From contig CAVPSB010000020.1 of NCBI GenBank assembly GCA_963708025.1, positions 1 through 64,000 on the forward strand: a DNA stretch of 64,000 nucleotides, read 5' to 3'. The position numbers were made by a program, and so were the translations under genes. This document shows, piece after piece, positions 59,015-64,000 of this stretch. The stretch comes from an uncultured Candidatus Rokubacteria bacterium. GTDB lineage: Bacteria > Methylomirabilota > Methylomirabilia > Rokubacteriales > DASRDR01. Numbering within the stretch: position 1 is the first letter of the stretch; each line of letters starts with the position of its first letter. The notes beneath the pieces are model-generated. The model made no database searches. It saw only the letters and a program-made list of their open reading frames with translations, and was not told the DNA's origin.

Positions 59015-61702
59015 CTAACGGGCCGCGTCGCTCCACGCACGGCTCCGGCCCAGCCCCGCGACCGCTGCCTGCAGGGCCTGGGCGATGCGGCGGGCTGCCT
59101 CCTCGGGTGAGGCCTCGGGCCCAGCCAGTCGCCGGGGGTCGAGAGAGGCCCCGAAGACCACCCTGACCGGACGGCGTCTGGGCCAGCGGCGGCCTCGCGG
59201 CAGGGCCGCGAAGGTGCCGTGGATGTACACGGGCACTGCCGGCCGCGAGAAGCGGTGGAGGAGAAGCCCGATGCCGGGGCGGAAGGGCAGGAGCTCGCCG
59301 CTCTTGGAGCGTTCCCCCTCCGGGAACCAGACCAGGCAGTCCCCCCGCTTCAGCACGGCCGCCGCCAGCGCCAGGCTGGAGGCGATCCCGCTCTCCGGCT
59401 CGACAGGAAGCACGCGTCCGAGTCGGCTGACGACCCGCATGAGAGGGTTCCGGAAGGCGATCCCCGTCCACCCGCCCCAGTAGGTGTGCGCGAGGTGCCG
59501 CCACCCCAGGGCGGCCGACAGGGCCAGGGGGTCCAGCAGGCTCACGTGGTTCGAGGCCAGCACCCAGGGCTCTTCGGGCAGGGCCCCCAGGCCCTCCACG
59601 CGGAGCCGAAAGACGGCGCGCATCAGCCAGGCGTTCGAGGCGAAGAGGCCGCGAGAGACGAGAGTCAGCCACGGGCCCAGGGGGCTCAGCCACCGGGCCT
59701 GCGCGGGGCTCAGGAGCCGTTCCGGCTCGTCCCAAGGGACGCCGGGGGCGGTCGCCCCGCGACCCGGCGCCGCCGCCACTTCGCGCAGCAGGTCTCGCAC
59801 CGTGCCGACCCGCGCGATGGCCCCCTCGTCGAGCTCGATGGCCGCCCGGCGCTCGATCTCCAGCGTGAGGACCAACCACTCGAGCGAGTCCACCCCGAGG
59901 TCGAGGGCGGGACTCATGTCCATCGTCAGGCGCCGGTCGCGATAGTGCTGCCCGAGCCAGTCCCACACGGCCCGGGCGCCGGCGTGCTCGAGGAGCACCC
60001 GGTCCGCCTCGGCCAGGTCGGCGATCGCGATGGGGCCGACCGGGCCCGGGGCCCCCTGCTCGAGCGCCTTGGCCCGCTCGTAGGCCTCGAGCAGCCAGGG
60101 GCGGCGCAGCTTCCCCAGCCGCGTGCGGGACAGCGAATCGCGGGTGATGGCCAGGTCGACCACCCGCTGGTACGAGGGCAACCGCGCGTTGACCTCGGCC
60201 ACCGCCTGCTGGATGGCTTCGGCCACATCCGTGCGCTCCGCCGCCTGGATCTTTCCCGGCTCGGGCAGGACGAGCCCCACGAGGCGGCCGCCCCGCTGGA
60301 GCAGGGCGAAGTCCCGGATAAAGGGATGTCCGAGAAAGACGGCCTCCACGTTCTCCGGCTGAACGTTCTCGCCGCCTTCCGTGACGAGCATCTCGTCCAG
60401 CCGTCCCGTGACGTGCAGATAGCCATGGGCGTCCAAGTGTCCGAGGTCGCCCGTGCGGAACCAGCCATCCGGCGTGAAGGCTTGCCGCGTCTTCTCCTCG
60501 AGGTTGAGGTAGCCGTGGAAGATGCCGGGCCCCCGGGCCTGGATCTCTCCCTCCGTGGGTCCGGCGCCGCTCGCCGGGCGGATGCGCAGCTCCACGCCCG
60601 GGATGGGCCGGCCTGCGCTGTCGGGGTGGCGGCTTCCGGGGAGGTTCACGGTGAGGAGCGGCGAGGTCTCCGTGAGACCGTAGCCGCTCGCGAGTCGCCA
60701 GCCCAGACCCTCCAGCGTCCAGGCGACCGACGGCTCCAGGGCAGCCCCGCCCGAGGCGACGAGCCGGAGCGTCGGGGCGAGGCGGGCGTGCAGAGCGCCC
60801 AGCAACCGCTTGCCCCAGTAGACGCCGAGCCGACGACGAGCGCGGACCGACACGGCGAGGGCGAAGCGGACGAGAGCCGCACTCGCGCGGCCACGGGCGG
60901 CGACCTGCGCCTCGATCGCGGACAGCAGCGCGCTGTAGAGGCGAGGGACTCCCACCAGGACGGTGACCTCGCCTTCTCTGAGGGCCCGTAGAATCTGCGG
61001 ACCCGTAAATGCCAGGGGCAGGATCACGGGCAGCCCCAGCGCCAGCGGGGTCAGCAACCCCACCACGAACGGATAGACGTGGTGAAGAGGGAGCGGCAGG
61101 CATACCCGGTCCCCGGGCCTGACCAGCCCGATGCCGACGAGACTGTTCACCTGGAAGACCAGGTTCTCGTGGGTCAGGGGCACCCCCTTGGGGGGTCCCG
61201 TCGTGCCGGATGTGTAGAAGAGCGCTGCGACATCGTCCGACCGGCTCGGTGGCAGGTCCCGGTCCTGAGCCAGTCGCCAGTGCTGCCAGCTCGCGGGATC
61301 GGTTGCCGGGGCGTCCAGCGAGAGGAGACGAGCGCCCGGCCGCAGGCGAGCGACGCGCTCCATACGGTCGCTCGTGGTGAGGACGAGCCCCGCGCCGCTG
61401 TCCGTCAGCACGTGCGCCAGCGCCACGTCCGTGAACTGGACGTCCAGAGGGACGGCCGTGGCTCCGGCTCGCACGACTGCCAGCGCCGCGACGATCCACT
61501 CCGGCCGGTCCGGCCCGAAGAGGGCCACAACCGCCCCGGCCCCGATCCCCGCGGCGGCCAGTCCCCCGGCCAACTCCCGGACGGTCCCGGCCAGCGATCC
61601 GTAGGTCCACGCCCGGCGGGCCTCGCCGGTGAAGGCGATCAGGGCGGGGTCCTCCCCGAAGCTGGCGAGGCCGTCCACGAGATCGTGAAGGGTAGTCAGC
61701 AC
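59015..61702 (-). CDS. AMP-dependent acyl ligase-acyl carrier-PlsC acyltransferase fusion
   Basis: YTSGTTGPPKG, GYGLTE, FRTGDLG; ACP DLGVDSL; PlsC NHVSLLD, FPEGERS. Confidence 0.88.
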   Translation of the reverse strand: MLTTLHDLVDGLASFGEDPALIAFTGEARRAWTYGSLAGTVRELAGGLAAAGIGAGAVVALFGPDRPEWIVAALAVVRAGATAVPLDVQFTDVALAHVLTDSGAGLVLTTSDRMERVARLRPGARLLSLDAPATDPASWQHWRLAQDRDLPPSRSDDVAALFYTSGTTGPPKGVPLTHENLVFQVNSLVGIGLVRPGDRVCLPLPLHHVYPFVVGLLTPLALGLPVILPLAFTGPQILRALREGEVTVLVGVPRLYSALLSAIEAQVAARGRASAALVRFALAVSVRARRRLGVYWGKRLLGALHARLAPTLRLVASGGAALEPSVAWTLEGLGWRLASGYGLTETSPLLTVNLPGSRHPDSAGRPIPGVELRIRPASGAGPTEGEIQARGPGIFHGYLNLEEKTRQAFTPDGWFRTGDLGHLDAHGYLHVTGRLDEMLVTEGGENVQPENVEAVFLGHPFIRDFALLQRGGRLVGLVLPEPGKIQAAERTDVAEAIQQAVAEVNARLPSYQRVVDLAITRDSLSRTRLGKLRRPWLLEAYERAKALEQGAPGPVGPIAIADLAEADRVLLEHAGARAVWDWLGQHYRDRRLTMDMSPALDLGVDSLEWLVLTLEIERRAAIELDEGAIARVGTVRDLLREVAAAPGRGATAPGVPWDEPERLLSPAQARWLSPLGPWLTLVSRGLFASNAWLMRAVFRLRVEGLGALPEEPWVLASNHVSLLDPLALSAALGWRHLAHTYWGGWTGIAFRNPLMRVVSRLGRVLPVEPESGIASSLALAAAVLKRGDCLVWFPEGERSKSGELLPFRPGIGLLLHRFSRPAVPVYIHGTFAALPRGRRWPRRRPVRVVFGASLDPRRLAGPEASPEEAARRIAQALQAAVAGLGRSRAWSDAAR

Positions 61703-61956
61703 GGCGTGGTCACGTTCCGCGTCCGAGGCGACAGCCCTCTCCGGTTCCCCTGGAACGCTGCCGGGCAGAACGGGCGGTCGCTGGCCGGGCGGCGTTCCTC
61801 GACCACGGCTCGGTCGACCAAGCCGGGCTACCCCTTCTCGATCTTGGGTCGGGTTCTGCCCCAGAGGACACGAGGGCCCTCGCGTGCTTCCAGCAAGATG
61901 GTGTCCTTGCGGACCGCACCGTGTGCCGTAGGGGCTAGCTCGCTGCCACTCGGGGC

Positions 61957-62355
61957 TCAGGGCATCCTGATCTTGCCACCTCCCGGCCCTCCCACATCGC
62001 CGATGCCGAGGCTGCCACGGGCTGGCACGATGAGTGATGATGCTGCCTCGCGGCGGATCTGTTCGAGTTCCTCGAGCGTCCGTTCCAGTGCCCTCTGGGC
62101 GGCACTGGAAAACCTCTCAACGGCTTCGGTGAGTGTGTGTGCCTCGATCTCGAAAGTGAGGGGCAGGGGACCGGCAGGCGTAACCAGGCTCGTCTGACCT
62201 TCGAAGACCGCCTTCCGCCCGCTGTCGGCGGAGCCATCCGCCCGGATCGGGACGAGCGTCCGGATCGAGCCGACCCGTCGGTCCGTGAAGAGCTCCTCTC
62301 GGTAAAGGCTCTCGGCATCCATGTGGATTTCGGACAGATCCTTCTGTGGGCTCAT
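61957..62355 (-). CDS. conserved hypothetical protein
   Basis: LYREELFTDRRVGSIR.LVP..GQT..TPAGPLPL.FEIEA; clean ORF in operon. Confidence 0.7.
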   Translation of the reverse strand: MSPQKDLSEIHMDAESLYREELFTDRRVGSIRTLVPIRADGSADSGRKAVFEGQTSLVTPAGPLPLTFEIEAHTLTEAVERFSSAAQRALERTLEELEQIRREAASSLIVPARGSLGIGDVGGPGGGKIRMP

Positions 62356-62379
62356 CGGTGCTCACCCGGCGGAGAACCG

Positions 62380-62790
62380 TCAGCGGGCCGCCGCCTCGGG
62401 GCTCGGTCGCAGGACCTCCACGCTGCGCGCGACCAGCCGCCCGTCCCGCGTCTCCGTCGTCACGGTCACGAAGTCTCCTGGCTTGATCGCCGCGGCCGTC
62501 AGGGGGGCGGTGGCGAAGTCGCCCCGCCAGCCATCCTTGGTGGGTCGATCCGAGCGGCTGATCGCGGCAACCTTCGTCTCCGGGACGAGCGCGATCCAGC
62601 GCTTCACGATGCCCTGCTTCGGCCCCGCCCAGGGGCCCATCTCCTCGACGGCGATCAGGTGGCGGTCCGGCTCCACCGCCGCGACGGTGCCCGTGTGCTT
62701 GGCCTCAGAGGCACGCAGGGACGCGGCGGCCGCGAGGCCGACGAGGACGAGGGTCAGCGAGACGATCCACTTGGTCGGCGTGCGGAACAC
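62380..62790 (-). CDS. exported hypothetical protein, OB-fold-like
   Basis: Signal peptide, HTGTVAAV, IKPGDFVTVT; RBS GAGGAG. Confidence 0.65.
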   Translation of the reverse strand: MFRTPTKWIVSLTLVLVGLAAAASLRASEAKHTGTVAAVEPDRHLIAVEEMGPWAGPKQGIVKRWIALVPETKVAAISRSDRPTKDGWRGDFATAPLTAAAIKPGDFVTVTTETRDGRLVARSVEVLRPSPEAAAR

Positions 62791-62824
62791 GCGAGGCTCC
62801 TCTCTCGGTGCCGGGTCTCCGGCA

Positions 62825-63619
62825 TCACGGGGTTGCGAGCTTCACGAGGAAGTGCGCGCGGCGGTTCTGCGCCCAGCAGGCTTCGTCCCGCCCGATGCAG
62901 ACCGGCCGCTCCTCGCCGTAGCTGATCAGGGTGATGCGGGAGGCGGCGACACCGAGGGACACCAGGTAGTCGCGGGTGGCCGTCGCCCGCCGCTGCCCGA
63001 GCGCCAGGTTGTACTCGTTGGTGCCCCGCTCGTCACAATGTCCTTCGATGAGGACCAGCACGTTCGGATGGGCCGTGAGCCAGGCGGCGACTTCCGTGAG
63101 AACGGCCGCGTCGCCCGGTCGAATCTCATAGCGGTCGAAGTCGAAGTAGACGTTCCGGAGCGCGGCGGTCTCCACGAACTCCTGGGGAGCAGGCAAGGCA
63201 GGGATGACGGTCCCGGCACCCGGCACCCCTGGCACCGCACCGGGGACTCCACCCGGGGGGGCCCCGGGGGCCGCCCCGCCGGGGCCGGGCGCCACGGGGC
63301 CGGGGCCGACAGCTCCCGCAGGCGGGCCGGCGACCCCGGGAGGCGCACCGGCCGCCCCGGGTTGGGCCGGTCCACCCGGCGTGGCCGCACTCGGGGCGGC
63401 ACTCGGCCCCGCCGGCGTGGGAGCGCCGGGAGCCGGGCCGATGGCGGCCGGCGGAGCGCCAGCGACCGCACCCGGTGGCGGGCTGACCGGGGCACCGACC
63501 CCCGGCGCGGCGGCCGTCGGCGCGGCGGCCGTCGGCGTGAGCGCCGGCCGCTTCGGGCAACCGGTCGAGGCCAGCGCGATCACGCCGAGCATCAGAGTCG
63601 CCGTCCACTGTCTCGTCAT
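62825..63619 (-). CDS. pal: peptidoglycan-associated lipoprotein with long Pro/Ala/Gly linker
   Basis: Lipobox STGC, VYFDFDRY, IEGHCDERGTNEYNLALGQRRA, SYGEERP, WAQNRRA. Confidence 0.9.
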   Translation of the reverse strand: MTRQWTATLMLGVIALASTGCPKRPALTPTAAAPTAAAPGVGAPVSPPPGAVAGAPPAAIGPAPGAPTPAGPSAAPSAATPGGPAQPGAAGAPPGVAGPPAGAVGPGPVAPGPGGAAPGAPPGGVPGAVPGVPGAGTVIPALPAPQEFVETAALRNVYFDFDRYEIRPGDAAVLTEVAAWLTAHPNVLVLIEGHCDERGTNEYNLALGQRRATATRDYLVSLGVAASRITLISYGEERPVCIGRDEACWAQNRRAHFLVKLATP

Positions 63620-63673
63620 CGGCAAGCCTTCCCTTCGCATCAGATTCCGTGGACAACCAATCCCGTCTGGTGG

Positions 63674-63689
63674 AGCAACGGCGGTGCCA
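63674..63689 (-). promoter_or_regulatory. sigma54 -24/-12 promoter upstream of the pal operon
   Basis: Minus strand TGGCAC-CGCCG-TTGCT, exact consensus, 55 bp upstream of the pal ATG. Confidence 0.6.
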
Positions 63690-64000
63690 GCCGATGTGGA
63701 CAGCGAGCGCCTCATCGGATCCTCGATAGTCCCACGATCCCTCGGCCCAGCCGGCGCTCGGACCGCGGCACTCGCGCCCCAGTGGGTCAGCCGCGCCTCA
63801 CTGCGGATTGCCAGGGAACGCACCCGGTGACGTGGGAGCTGGTCAGCTCCGCATGGGTCGGCGTCGACGATCACGGGGGGACTGACACCGTTCGAGGCGC
63901 CCGAGCACCGAGGCGAGGCCTCGTGGGTGGGAAAAGCGCCAACTTCGTGGTCCCGGACTTGCACCTTCCGGTTGCGTCCCGCCGACGACGTGTCGCCGAG

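Overview
This is a very GC-rich bacterial chromosomal window. Three features suggest a Candidatus Rokubacteria (Methylomirabilota)-like soil bacterium: tandem zinc-ribbon/class III cyclase/AAA/TPR genes, relics of PF04392-type ABC binding proteins, and many Liv/Dpp transporters. That assignment is inference. Numerous +1 indels suggest an imperfectly polished long-read assembly. The window has four blocks. (1) 0.3-31.6 kb holds catabolic and uptake operons: GntR-PhyH-LivKHMGF-RidA-PLP dehydratase; two hydantoinase/oxoprolinase A+B pairs with two paralogous peptide-binding proteins and permeases; Lrp and a D-aminoacylase; and a Dpp-type system with a KstD-like flavoprotein, Dabb, cupin and AstE/AspA. 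(2) 31.7-36.2 kb holds a small stand-alone Cys-rich zinc finger and an aldolase/sugar-binding protein/dehydrogenase cassette bracketed by tRNA T-arm-like direct repeats. (3) 36.3-48.6 kb is a decayed accessory island with two tyrosine-integrase relics, HicAB, DUF433/PIN, Fic and addiction-module relics, and a tandem array of cyclase-AAA-TPR genes. (4) 49-64 kb holds envelope and stress genes: an L,D-transpeptidase, MepK, a second Ldt relic, DUF3300/DUF2950 with a 4x120 bp repeat, small Zn proteins, an AAC(6')-like GNAT, an acyl ligase-ACP-acyltransferase and Pal, with two perfect sigma54 promoter motifs. No CRISPR array, rRNA or intact tRNA was seen.
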